From assembly GCA_027339965.1 (NCBI GenBank), contig DAHWNL010000003.1:1-15403 (forward strand): a stretch of 15,403 bases of DNA, given 5' to 3'. This stretch comes from Granulicella sp. (lineage in GTDB: Bacteria; Acidobacteriota; Terriglobia; Terriglobales; Acidobacteriaceae). Position numbers and translations under genes: made by a program. A model generated the notes under the pieces. That model saw nothing but the letters and a program-made list of their open reading frames with translations. It did not search any database and was not told the DNA's origin. This document shows positions 1-8,678 of this stretch, piece by piece; within the stretch, counting starts at the first letter, position 1, and each line of letters opens with the position of its first letter.

Positions 1-1140
1 ATGCTCAAGAAGCGGGCGAAGAGCGCAGACGTCTGGGAGTTTCGGTACTACGAGGATGCGGCGACTGGAGGGAGAGCACGGAAGGCTCTCTTCATCGGCA
101 CCACCGATATGTACAGAACCGAGGCTCAGGCCCGAAAAGCCGTCGAAGCGATTCTCCTCAAACTCAACGCTGAAAAGCCCATGCACCATCTTGGCACCGT
201 GACGTTTGGCGGTCTCTGTGACAGGTACATCGCGGAAGAGTTACCCGAACGCTATTCAACGCGGAAGTCGTATCTATCGAACATCAATCTGCACATCAAG
301 CCGCGTTGGGGGGATTACCTCATCGGGGCAATCAGGCCGATGGCAGTTGAAGGCTGGTTCAAAGAGATGGACAAGGCTCCCAAAACGAAGGCCCATATTC
401 GAGGGGTCATGCACATCATCTTCGAGTGTGCCGCCCGCTGGGAACTGTTCACCGAACGTCGCAACCCAATCGAGATGGTGCGTGTTAAAGATTCGACGAA
501 GCGGCGCAAGCGACCAATGATTCTCACCAACGATTCCTTCGACGCGGTACTGGCAGGTCTGCCCGAACCATTTCGGACAATGGTGGTGGTGGCGCAATGC
601 CTGGGACTTCGCGTAAGCGAGATCACGGGCTTGCAGCGGGGCGACCTCGATACCGAAGGTCGGCAACTCCTCGTTCAACGAAGCATCGTGAACGGAAGAG
701 TGGACGACGTGAAGACCGAGTATTCCCGCGATCATGTGCCGATTCATGAGTCCTTGCTGGAGGTCCTGCTCGCTTGGGGCGAACAGTGTCCGCAGACGGA
801 AGAGGGATGGATGTTCCCGAATCCGTTGTCGAGCAAGCCCTACTACTCAACGGAGATCCAGAAGCGGTATCTCAAGCCTGCGGGCATCAAGTTGGGATTG
901 GGGCCGATCGGCTGGCACACCTTCCGTCACACGTACCGGTCATGGCTTGATGAGACGGGTGCTCCTATGAAGGTGCAACAGGAACTGATGCGTCACGCTT
1001 CGATCCAGACGACGATGAATGTCTACGGACGGGCCATGACGGAAACGAAACGCCAAGCAAACAGCCAGGTTGTAGGGCTGGTATTTGGCCCCAACTCGCA
1101 GAACTCTGCCACAAGCGAGGCATCTGCGACGCTACAGTAA
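1..1140 (+). CDS. int: Tyrosine recombinase / phage-type site-specific integrase (true start may lie slightly upstream of the window)
   Basis: Catalytic motifs present: GLRVSE (R), DVKT (K), WHTFRH (HxxR), MRHASIQTTMNVY (H, Y). N-terminal arm-binding-like segment (VWEFRYY). Stop is 74 bp from a tRNA 3' end. Confidence 0.95.
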   Translation: MLKKRAKSADVWEFRYYEDAATGGRARKALFIGTTDMYRTEAQARKAVEAILLKLNAEKPMHHLGTVTFGGLCDRYIAEELPERYSTRKSYLSNINLHIKPRWGDYLIGAIRPMAVEGWFKEMDKAPKTKAHIRGVMHIIFECAARWELFTERRNPIEMVRVKDSTKRRKRPMILTNDSFDAVLAGLPEPFRTMVVVAQCLGLRVSEITGLQRGDLDTEGRQLLVQRSIVNGRVDDVKTEYSRDHVPIHESLLEVLLAWGEQCPQTEEGWMFPNPLSSKPYYSTEIQKRYLKPAGIKLGLGPIGWHTFRHTYRSWLDETGAPMKVQQELMRHASIQTTMNVYGRAMTETKRQANSQVVGLVFGPNSQNSATSEASATLQ

Positions 1141-1291
<151 letters not shown>

Positions 1292-1296
1292 CTTGG

Positions 1297-1326
1297 ATTA
1301 TAAGACCCGCGTTCTTCCAAGGTCAA
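1297..1326 (-). promoter_or_regulatory. sigma70 promoter of tRNA-fMet
   Basis: TTGACC (1326-1321), 18-nt spacer, TATAAT (1302-1297), then only 5 nt (CCAAG) before tRNA position 1. Confidence 0.85.
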
Positions 1327-1418
1327 ACTCGCCGAGTCCTGCGGCTGCGCCACCCGGCATGGGCGGGTCACGGGCAGCCCCTCTCCCGCAGGGAGCGTCT
1401 ACCCCAGTGGGCAAGCCA

Positions 1419-1455
1419 GAGGGCAAGATCAGGGCTTCATCAGGAGGGCAAGATC
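1419..1455 (+). repeat. 12-bp direct repeat GAGGGCAAGATC x2 (25-bp period)
   Basis: Exact copies at 1419-1430 and 1444-1455; partial GGGCAAG at 1409-1415. Confidence 0.8.
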
Positions 1456-1546
1456 GGGAGGGCTCGGCAGCGTGCGGCCAGATTCGAGCCGCGCCATCAG
1501 CCCCTGTGGCAGGCAAGAGGGAGAGAGCCGATCACAGCCTTTCAGA

Positions 1547-1574
1547 GGAACTTTTCTCCCGAAATCGCGTCTAA
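1547..1574 (+). promoter_or_regulatory. ECF sigma (RpoE/AlgU-type) promoter upstream of the BON gene
   Basis: GGAACTT (1547-1553), 16-nt spacer, TCTAA (1570-1574), matching the GAACTT-N16-TCTNA consensus. Confidence 0.7.
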
Positions 1575-1827
1575 ACAGGACAGTATCACGGTCAGCGTCC
1601 GTTCGCTGCCGTGGCGGGCAGCGTGAGATTGTGGAGCGTCCTGCGGCGAGCCATCAGAACGCCGAGCCTTCGGAACGCAAAAGATGCGTTCTCCCGATCC
1701 CAAGCCCACAAGAAAGCTGTGCAGCTATAGATCCCCTGAACGGCTCCGTGGTAAGGATGCTCAAACGGTTCCGCGAGATGGATCGGGACGTTGACGAGTA
1801 GATGAGAGGTTGACCAGGAGTGAGATG

Positions 1828-3342
1828 ATGTGTGTTCGTCTGGTACGTGCATTCGCTGGGGTGATAGTTGCCGGAGGCCTCATTTCCGGCACCCTGTTTG
1901 GTGGGCTTGAAACGGCGGCGCAGAGCACGGTCAGTCCCCTCTCTGACGCCCAGATCGAGTCCAATGTGCTCCGAGCCTTGGCTACGGATCCGCAGTTGTC
2001 AACCCAGGATGTTCAATCCTCCACTGTTTATGGAACCGTCACGCTCAGTGGCAGTGTCCAGACGGAGGAGATGCGAGTCTCCGCAGAGAATCTGGCGGCG
2101 CGAGCGCAGGGCGTTCAGAAGGTGATCGATGAGCTAACGATCAACCCCACGCCGGCGGCCACCAATGCCGCTGGGGCGGGTGTGAGCGGTGCTCAGCCCT
2201 ATGCAGGACAGCCCTATGCGCAACCGGCAAATGGCCAGCCGGGCCAGGTTCAGCAGTATCCGGGCCAGGGCGCACCGTATTCTTCCCAACCTTACCCTGC
2301 CCAGCCGAACGCGCAGCCGGGTCAGGCCCAGCCGAACGCGGGTCAGCTTTACAGCCAGCCCTACTCCGGGCAGCCGAATGCGCAGCCGGGTCAGGCCCAG
2401 CCTTATCCGGGTCAGCCCGCCGGCCAGCCCTACCCTGGTCAGCCGAATGGGCAGCCCTACCAGACTCAGCCCTACTCCGGCCAGCCCTACCCAGGCCAGC
2501 CGAGCGCGCCGCCGGGTCAGGCTCAACCTTATGCTGCTGAACAAGGCGCTCCCGCCGCAGGGGGCGTTGCGGCTGCGCAGGGAGGGCGGCAGCCAATGGA
2601 TGCGAACGGCCCACCTGCCGCGACGGATGCCTCCTATCAGGGTGGCCAGGCTGCGGGGATTCCGGTTACGATTGCGGCCGGCACCGTGTTGCAGGTGCGC
2701 ATCAACCGCGGCCTGAACTCCAACCATATTCGGATCGGTGATGGCTTTGACGGAACGGTCATGAACGACGTCCTGGGCCGATCCTGCCAGCCATCCGCTT
2801 GTGGGGGTCAAGGCTCCGCTGGAGTGATGAAGACCGATGGAGATTCCAGAAATGAGGTGGCCATTCCACGCGGCGCCGCGGTCAGTGGCGTTGTGGTGGG
2901 AGCGCACAAAGCAGGGCTCTTCAAGGGTGAGGGCGCGCTCTCGTTACAGATCAACGCCGTAACGTTGGGGGCCCAGGCTTACCCGATCACCACGATGGTC
3001 TGGTCCCACACCGGGGCGGACAAGTTGCCCGGCACTGTAACCAACAGCGTTGGTCTGGGAGCCGTCGGAGCCCTGATGGGCGGCGCCTTCGGTGGCGGAG
3101 CCGGGGCGGCCATTGGTGCGGCCGCTGGGGCCGGTACCGGGTTGGCGGCTTCGGCCGCCGTGCCGCGGGGCGCACTGATCATCCCACCGGAGGCGGTGCT
3201 TACCTTCCGGCTCGCCGCTCCGGCAACCGTCAGGACAGTCTCGCAGGAGGAGATGGATCGCCTTGCCTCCGCGGCCGGACCATCCCAGCAAATGATGCGG
3301 CCGGGTCCACCTGGATACTACGGCCCGTACGGTGCCTACTAA
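1828..3342 (+). CDS. Exported BON-domain (OsmY-like) protein with Pro/Gln/Tyr-rich repeat linker and C-terminal domain containing a glycine zipper
   Basis: Hydrophobic signal-like N-terminus; BON motif (SDAQIESNV...GTVTLSGSV...A...GVQKVIDELTI); glycine zipper GAVGALMGGAFGGGAGAAIGAAAGAGTG. AGGAG at 1816-1820 favours ATG 1828 (or 1825) over the ORF-track start 1810. Confidence 0.88.
   Translation: MCVRLVRAFAGVIVAGGLISGTLFGGLETAAQSTVSPLSDAQIESNVLRALATDPQLSTQDVQSSTVYGTVTLSGSVQTEEMRVSAENLAARAQGVQKVIDELTINPTPAATNAAGAGVSGAQPYAGQPYAQPANGQPGQVQQYPGQGAPYSSQPYPAQPNAQPGQAQPNAGQLYSQPYSGQPNAQPGQAQPYPGQPAGQPYPGQPNGQPYQTQPYSGQPYPGQPSAPPGQAQPYAAEQGAPAAGGVAAAQGGRQPMDANGPPAATDASYQGGQAAGIPVTIAAGTVLQVRINRGLNSNHIRIGDGFDGTVMNDVLGRSCQPSACGGQGSAGVMKTDGDSRNEVAIPRGAAVSGVVVGAHKAGLFKGEGALSLQINAVTLGAQAYPITTMVWSHTGADKLPGTVTNSVGLGAVGALMGGAFGGGAGAAIGAAAGAGTGLAASAAVPRGALIIPPEAVLTFRLAAPATVRTVSQEEMDRLASAAGPSQQMMRPGPPGYYGPYGAY
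2195..2535 (+). repeat. Imperfect coding tandem repeats (QPY[APS]GQP / NAQPGQAQP) in the BON protein
   Basis: Recurring QPY/GQP units in the translation, e.g. GCGCAGCCGGGTCAGGCCCAG at about 2311 and 2380. Confidence 0.85.
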
Positions 3343-3440
3343 GGCCGCCCGAGTCACGGAGGACCCCCTTTGGACCAGGAGGCGCCCTCGGCCAGGCCGA
3401 GAGCTTAAAGGATTGGAGCCGGCGACCGCCAGAGCAGCCT

Positions 3441-3470
3441 GAAGTCATCTGGAAGGAAGTCATCTGGAAG
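3441..3470 (+). repeat. Perfect 15-bp tandem duplication GAAGTCATCTGGAAG x2
   Basis: 3441-3455 and 3456-3470 are identical. Confidence 0.95.
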
Positions 3471-3500
3471 ATTGATCCAACCGAAGGCGGGAGAGCGTCG

Positions 3501-3533
3501 GAGGAGCGGCATCGCCGTTCCTCTTTTCATTTT
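3501..3533 (+). terminator. Rho-independent terminator after the BON gene
   Basis: GAGGAGCGGC-ATC-GCCGTTCCTC: 10-bp stem with one G-U, followed by TTTTCATTTT-like U-rich tail. Confidence 0.8.
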
Positions 3534-3843
3534 GGGGCGATCGGGTTCTTGGCCACCCCAGCTCTGCATCCGGCCAGGGAGCGTCCCGGACGCCGCCTCC
3601 CGACGCTCGCCTTCGGGCGACAGGCTCCGCGCCGCCCTGCATCCTTCGCCGGGGGCATCTGCATGCGGCCGCCGCTGGGGGACCGGACGGAATCTCCTGG
3701 GGCCTGATTTATACTCTGTGGAGAGCCCCTGCGAGCAGGAGAGCGCTTCTCCCCGGAGACGCGTGCCTCGGCCCTGCGCAAAAATCCTGGGCAGCGCGGT
3801 CTTGCGTCCAAGGCCGTCATGAATTGAAGGTCTCTAGCCAAGC

Positions 3844-5811
3844 ATGATTCGTATTCTGCAGCAAGACAGCCGCATCGTGAAGCTTCTCTTTGCGCTCATC
3901 ATCGGCGCCGCCATCGTCACCATGGTCATCACCCTGGTCCCCGGCATCTTTGACAACGGCGAGGTCAATGATTCCAGCGCCTACGCCACAGTCCACACTC
4001 CGGGTCCGCTGGGCCGGATCTTTGGCCAGACCAGGTCCATCCAGATGGCGGATGTGGAGCGGGACGCCGATGCGCAGATGCAGCAGCAGCAGTTGCCGGA
4101 CTTCTACCGCAGCTTCGTCCTGCAGCGCGCCGGCCAGATTGAGGTCGAGCGGGCCGTCCTGGAGCAGGAGGCGGATCGTCTGGGGCTACGTGTCTCCAGC
4201 GGCGATCTGCGGAACTACCTGCAGCATGGACCTTACGCCGAGTATCTCTTCCCCGGCGGCAAGTTCATCGGCGAGGACCAATACATCAACTTCGTGGAGT
4301 CGGCCTTCCATCTGCCGGTGGCGGACTTTGAGAGCCAGGTGAAGTCGGAGCTGGAGATTCAGCGTCTGCAGGCGCTGGTTACCGGCGGGGTGAGCGTCTC
4401 CGACAGCGCGGTGCGGGCCTCGTATCTCAGCAGCGGGACCAAGGTGAAGTTTGACTACGCGGTGATTCCGGCGGCTACCGTCAAGGCCGCCATCAACCCC
4501 ACCGATGATCAGCTCCGGGCCTTCTTCAAGAAAAACATGTCGCTCTATGCGCACGCGGTTCCGGAGGCTCGCAAGATCACCTTCTTCAGCTTTGAGGACG
4601 TGAGCCTGCCCGGCGGCGTGCCGGCGGTGAGCGATGCCGCCGCCCAGGCGTACTATCAGGCGCATCTGAGCCAGTACCAGACCCCTGCGCAGGTCAAGAC
4701 CCGTCACATCCTGATTGCCGTGGCCAAGGGCGCCAGCCCCAGCACCGTAGCGGCGGCCAAGGCCAAGGCGGAGGATGTCCTGAAGCAGCTCAAGGCCGGG
4801 GCCAAATTCTCTGATCTGGCCAAGAAGTACTCGGATGATCCGGGCAGCAAGGATCAGGGCGGCGAGCTGCCGTTGATCGCCACCAGCGAGCTGGATCCGG
4901 CTTATGCCAAGGCAGCCATGGCGCTCAATCCGGGCCAGACCTCCGGCCTGGTACGCTCCTCCTTTGGATTTCACATCATTCAGACGGAGGCCAAACAGCC
5001 GGCTGAGGTAAAGCCGTTTGCGGCGGTCAAGGCCTCCATCGTTGAGCAGTTGCAGTCGCAGGCCGTAGCCACCGCTGCCCAGGCCTACGCCGCCCAGCTT
5101 GTGGCGGAGGCTAAGAAGACCAGCCTGCAGCAGACGGCCGATGCCCACAAGTTGAAGCTGGTGACAACCGGATTTATCGGCAAGGATGCGGTCATTCCCA
5201 GCTTGGCGGACTCCACCGGCCTGTTGGATGCGGCCTTCAACGCGCTCAAGGGAGCTCCTCCGGCGAGCGCATCGACGGGCGAAGGCTACGCGATCTTCCA
5301 GGTCAATGACATCCAGCCGGCGCACGCTCCGGAGTTTGATGCCTACAAGTCGCATATTCTGGACGACTACCGCACCCAGCAGGAGCCGGAGCTGATGAAC
5401 GCCCAGCTCATCAAGCTCTCGGATCTGGCCCGCAAACTGGGCGACCTGCACAAGGCCGCCGCGCAGATGCATCTGCAGGTGCAGACCAGCGATCTGGTGG
5501 GGCGAGATGCTCAGGTTGCCGATGTCGGCTCGCTGAGTGGCGCGGCGGCCGTGCTCTTCACCATGCCCGTGGGGGGCATCTCCGGTCCCATCAATGAAGG
5601 GGCAAACGGCGCCATCCTTCAGCTTGAGCAACGCGTGCAGCCTACCCCGGCGGAGATCCAGCAGCACTTTGAGGCGACTCGGGAAACCTTGCTGGATCAG
5701 CAACGTCAGGAGGCCTTCAGCGTCTTCGTCGACGCGCTCATGAACCGCTATGAGAAGGCTGGCGCCATCATCTACAGCAAGAAGTCCACCCGGATTCCGC
5801 TGGGCAGCTAA
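3844..5811 (+). CDS. ppiD: PpiD-like membrane-anchored periplasmic chaperone / parvulin-type peptidyl-prolyl isomerase
   Basis: N-terminal TM anchor, SurA-N-like helical region, parvulin motifs TRHILI...FSDLAKKYSDDPGSKDQGGEL...SGLVRSSFGFHII; 655 aa fits PpiD. Confidence 0.9.
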   Translation: MIRILQQDSRIVKLLFALIIGAAIVTMVITLVPGIFDNGEVNDSSAYATVHTPGPLGRIFGQTRSIQMADVERDADAQMQQQQLPDFYRSFVLQRAGQIEVERAVLEQEADRLGLRVSSGDLRNYLQHGPYAEYLFPGGKFIGEDQYINFVESAFHLPVADFESQVKSELEIQRLQALVTGGVSVSDSAVRASYLSSGTKVKFDYAVIPAATVKAAINPTDDQLRAFFKKNMSLYAHAVPEARKITFFSFEDVSLPGGVPAVSDAAAQAYYQAHLSQYQTPAQVKTRHILIAVAKGASPSTVAAAKAKAEDVLKQLKAGAKFSDLAKKYSDDPGSKDQGGELPLIATSELDPAYAKAAMALNPGQTSGLVRSSFGFHIIQTEAKQPAEVKPFAAVKASIVEQLQSQAVATAAQAYAAQLVAEAKKTSLQQTADAHKLKLVTTGFIGKDAVIPSLADSTGLLDAAFNALKGAPPASASTGEGYAIFQVNDIQPAHAPEFDAYKSHILDDYRTQQEPELMNAQLIKLSDLARKLGDLHKAAAQMHLQVQTSDLVGRDAQVADVGSLSGAAAVLFTMPVGGISGPINEGANGAILQLEQRVQPTPAEIQQHFEATRETLLDQQRQEAFSVFVDALMNRYEKAGAIIYSKKSTRIPLGS

Positions 5812-6145
5812 GGATCTCCGCGATCGGCCGACTCGCCTGGCGCAGGCACCGCGACGCCGCCTGAAAGATTCGCTTTTCGCTCTGCAGCGTAGGGACGGCG
5901 GCCAGCCCCCCATCCCCGGCCCCACTTCCCTTGAGATTCTGAATCGCTGGGCGCGCCTCCTCGCCTTCTTGCGATGCCGGAGGGTGACTGCGAAATTGGC
6001 CATCACTTGCCAACCGATTTCTTTTATCTTCCCCCGAAGCTCGCAGCCCTTCCTCCAAGGGCGAATCTTCGGCGCAAGTCTTCAGCGCGAGTCTTGAGCG
6101 CAATTCCTCAGTGCGCATCTCTGGCTTGTGCAAGCGCTCTCTGGC

Positions 6146-6160
6146 GTGGTAACGTTCCAC
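6146..6160. promoter_or_regulatory. Possible LacI-family operator upstream of the hydrolase gene
   Basis: Imperfect palindrome GTGGTAACGTTCCAC centred on AACGTT, about 105 bp upstream of the start. Confidence 0.4.
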
Positions 6161-6265
6161 TCGCATTGATCTTTTGCAATCTATCGTTGTGAATCCAAAG
6201 AATTCTGTCCTCTTTCAAGCGTTGCCTCTCTGGACGTCCTCTCTGGATTCCTCGGAAAGAAGGCT

Positions 6266-7528
6266 GTGATGGAAGCTCGTCTTCGGTTGCTCCCGCGCCT
6301 GCGCTGCGCGTTGGCGGTCTGCCCTGTCCTGATCTTTTTGCTTGCCCAACCTGCGGCGCATGGCCAGGCTCAAGGCCGGGCGTGGGGCTGGGCGCCTCCG
6401 CGCACCCCGTTACAAAATGCCCGCAACCTGAATATCGGCTTCAACGGCGCGGATACCACGGGAGCAGATAACCAGATTCCGTACATGGATCAGTTCTTCG
6501 CCGCAACCGAGGCGTACTACCAACAGCAACTGGGGCGCAGGATGCCGGGCAGCCGGCACTGCCACGCCTACGTCTCCTGGGACGTTGCGGAGGAGGCATC
6601 TGGCGCCACAGATGCTGCCCGGCAGGGAAGTCGAGCCTGGTTGGAACAGTGGCTGGCCGACAATCAGGGGCATTGCGATCAGGCTCTGATCACCTTCAAG
6701 TACGTAAAGGGTGTCAGCGCAGGCACGGGGTTTCCCGCTCCCGCGGACTACGAGGCGGCCTTCGTGCGTTTCCAGCAGATCTCCTGGGCTTCCACGGGCT
6801 GGACGGGCAGGTTCGCCTTTACGCCCTGGAATGAGCCGAACAACGGCCACCCGAGCGGCGACGGTTTGAAGACGGTTCTGGATCCGCGCACCGCTGCGGA
6901 CTATTATCTGGCGATCCGCAAGCATTGCGCTCCCCGGCAGGGCTGCTGGGTCGCGGCCGGCGACTTCGGATCCAACGGCAACCTGGGTGAGGGCTTTGTT
7001 CAAAGATGCGTGAATGACCGGGCCCCGCTGTGCAGCCATGCCACTTATATGGATACGTACAAGCATTATCTGGTGCTGGATGCGCGAAACTACGGCCTGG
7101 CGCGGGGCAGAGAGTTCCGGCCTGAGCTCTTCTCCTACCACGGCTGGGACGACATCAATGACTACATCACGCAGAATCCAAACTGTAACAGCTTGTCGGA
7201 CGGGAAATGTACCCTTTATGCTCTGCTGAACAGCCTTTCGCACAACACCTGGAAGTTTGCGCAGATCTGGGACACCGAGGTTGGGGCGGGGCAAGACCCG
7301 CAGACGAACCCCAACCCCACGGTGCAGGCCTGCGCAGCCTCCTTCCTGCTTCGCCTCACCGCTGCGGCCAGCAGCCGGATCACTCGTATCTACTACACGC
7401 GCATCTGGGATCCGAACGGCGAGTACTGGTCGCTGTTTGACAGCGCCGGAGCAGAGAAGCCGGCGTTTTCCGTCCTTGCCGACCGCAATATCTCCTACGT
7501 GCCGCCGAACGGCTCAGCCTGCCCCTAG
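6266..7528 (+). CDS. Secreted putative glycoside hydrolase, clan GH-A-like TIM barrel (family unassigned)
   Basis: Signal peptide ending near PAAHG; acid/base-like motif PWNEPNN; nucleophile-like IWDTEVG; several Cys. Start is GTG 6266 or ATG 6269. Confidence 0.7.
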   Translation: MMEARLRLLPRLRCALAVCPVLIFLLAQPAAHGQAQGRAWGWAPPRTPLQNARNLNIGFNGADTTGADNQIPYMDQFFAATEAYYQQQLGRRMPGSRHCHAYVSWDVAEEASGATDAARQGSRAWLEQWLADNQGHCDQALITFKYVKGVSAGTGFPAPADYEAAFVRFQQISWASTGWTGRFAFTPWNEPNNGHPSGDGLKTVLDPRTAADYYLAIRKHCAPRQGCWVAAGDFGSNGNLGEGFVQRCVNDRAPLCSHATYMDTYKHYLVLDARNYGLARGREFRPELFSYHGWDDINDYITQNPNCNSLSDGKCTLYALLNSLSHNTWKFAQIWDTEVGAGQDPQTNPNPTVQACAASFLLRLTAAASSRITRIYYTRIWDPNGEYWSLFDSAGAEKPAFSVLADRNISYVPPNGSACP

Positions 7529-7696
7529 AAAGATTGCAGGGCTTGGGTAGTTACGGAAGATCGTGTCGAGAAAGAACTGCCGGTCTTTGCGCGTCCACAC
7601 GCTACGGCGTTGGTAAGGGGGTTGGAGGTCAAGTTAGCCGTTTTTATTGAGATCAAGTAGCCATTTGGTGTCTTCTGATGTGGGGCGACGGTTCAT
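7526..7696 (-). pseudogene. DUF262 (GmrSD N-terminal, ParB/Srx-like) gene fragment with premature stop and 3' truncation; not in the ORF track
   Basis: RBS GAGGAA (7706-7701), ATG 7696. Reads MNRRPTSEDTKWLLDLNKNG*LDLQPPYQRRSVWTRKDRQFFLDTIFRNYPSPAIFL. PxYQRxxVW and LDTIxxxYPxPxIFL match the DUF262 N-terminus. TAA at 7636-7634. Confidence 0.85.
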
Positions 7697-7729
7697 TGGG
7701 TTCCTCGTTTTCTGCAGTCGGCGAGTTCC

Positions 7730-8678
7730 TTAGACGCAGTAAGGGCCTAAAAATCGTTCTCCGTTGAAATGGATCAGGTGGGATGGCGCATCGGCGACCC
7801 AAACCTCCGTCTCCCATGCAATCTCGCCAAGGTACCGGCCCATGATGGCGCGGTTCGGAAAGGCGGTCACGTAGACGATACCGGCTCTTGAGTCGCGAAA
7901 CAGCTTCGCAAGTTCGGCGTGACGTTTTCCATCGACGGGGCCGTGGCTCGTGACGGATTCGACAAGAATGAGCCAGTTGCGCTTGGGGTCGTGCAATACC
8001 ACATCCGGCATCTTGCCGTGGGCATCAATGGTGACACCGAGTTTCGCAAGCAGCGGCGCGTCGAAATAGCCCCATTTTTCGCCGGTGTCTCCGGCGTAAA
8101 TCAGCACGGCTCCGGGGACGAAACGCGCGGCGAAGTCTTCAATAATCACACGGATCAGCTCGCTGTGATCACTGGGACTCAAGTTGATCGATTTGCCCGG
8201 AGCCATCTTCACCGGCACGAGATTTTGCTGGCGCTCCTTTGCGTAGAGCGCGGCGAGCGTTTGCTTCTTCGAAAGATATGCCGCCAGATTATCGTGCCAT
8301 GCGGCCGTACCGTAGGACTGGATCAGTTTGAGCGCGGCAGGTTCGATTTGATAAACGGCGACGGGGCTGTTTACGGGCCGCTTTGGATCGTCGGGATTAT
8401 AGACTGCGAGGCCTGTGTCTACGAATTGATGCATGGTCTGCCGCCGTATTGTCTCGCGTGTATTCGGCGCATACTTCTTGTCGTATTGCTGCGCAATCCA
8501 GTCCAGGATCGACGTAATGCCCATCAACGGATTTGTGACCCGTGACCATTTCCTTGGTGGGGCGCAGATCGAGCAGCGCAAGTAGGGACAAGGCCGAGCG
8601 CTCGTTCTGCTGCGCTTTCGGCAACCCTAAAGACTGAAGAACCTGTTGGGCGAATTGGACAAATTCGTTCTTGGTCAT
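7730..8678 (-). pseudogene. BsuBI/PstI-family type II restriction endonuclease, frameshifted
   Basis: N-terminus (LGLPKAQQNERSALSLLALL) and the remainder (YAPNTRETIRRQTMHQF, HGKMPDVVL...LVESVTSHGPVD, IAWETEVW...HLIHFNGERFLGPY) lie in different frames. One extra base near 8552 (ACC AAG G AAA TGG); removing it gives 315 aa. Confidence 0.92.

Noticed and set aside
2134..2907. Repetitive minus-strand and alternate-frame ORFs
   Set aside because: Shadows of the BON protein repeat region.
2195..3470. CRISPR-like array
   Set aside because: The repeats are in-frame coding repeats or a single tandem duplication; no repeat-spacer periodicity and no cas genes.
4186..6006. 606-aa minus-strand ORF
   Set aside because: Antisense shadow of ppiD caused by high-GC codon bias; no recognisable motifs.
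5812..6140. ncRNA or small gene in the ppiD-hydrolase intergenic region
   Set aside because: No recognisable RNA motif, convincing terminator or credible RBS-led ORF by eye.
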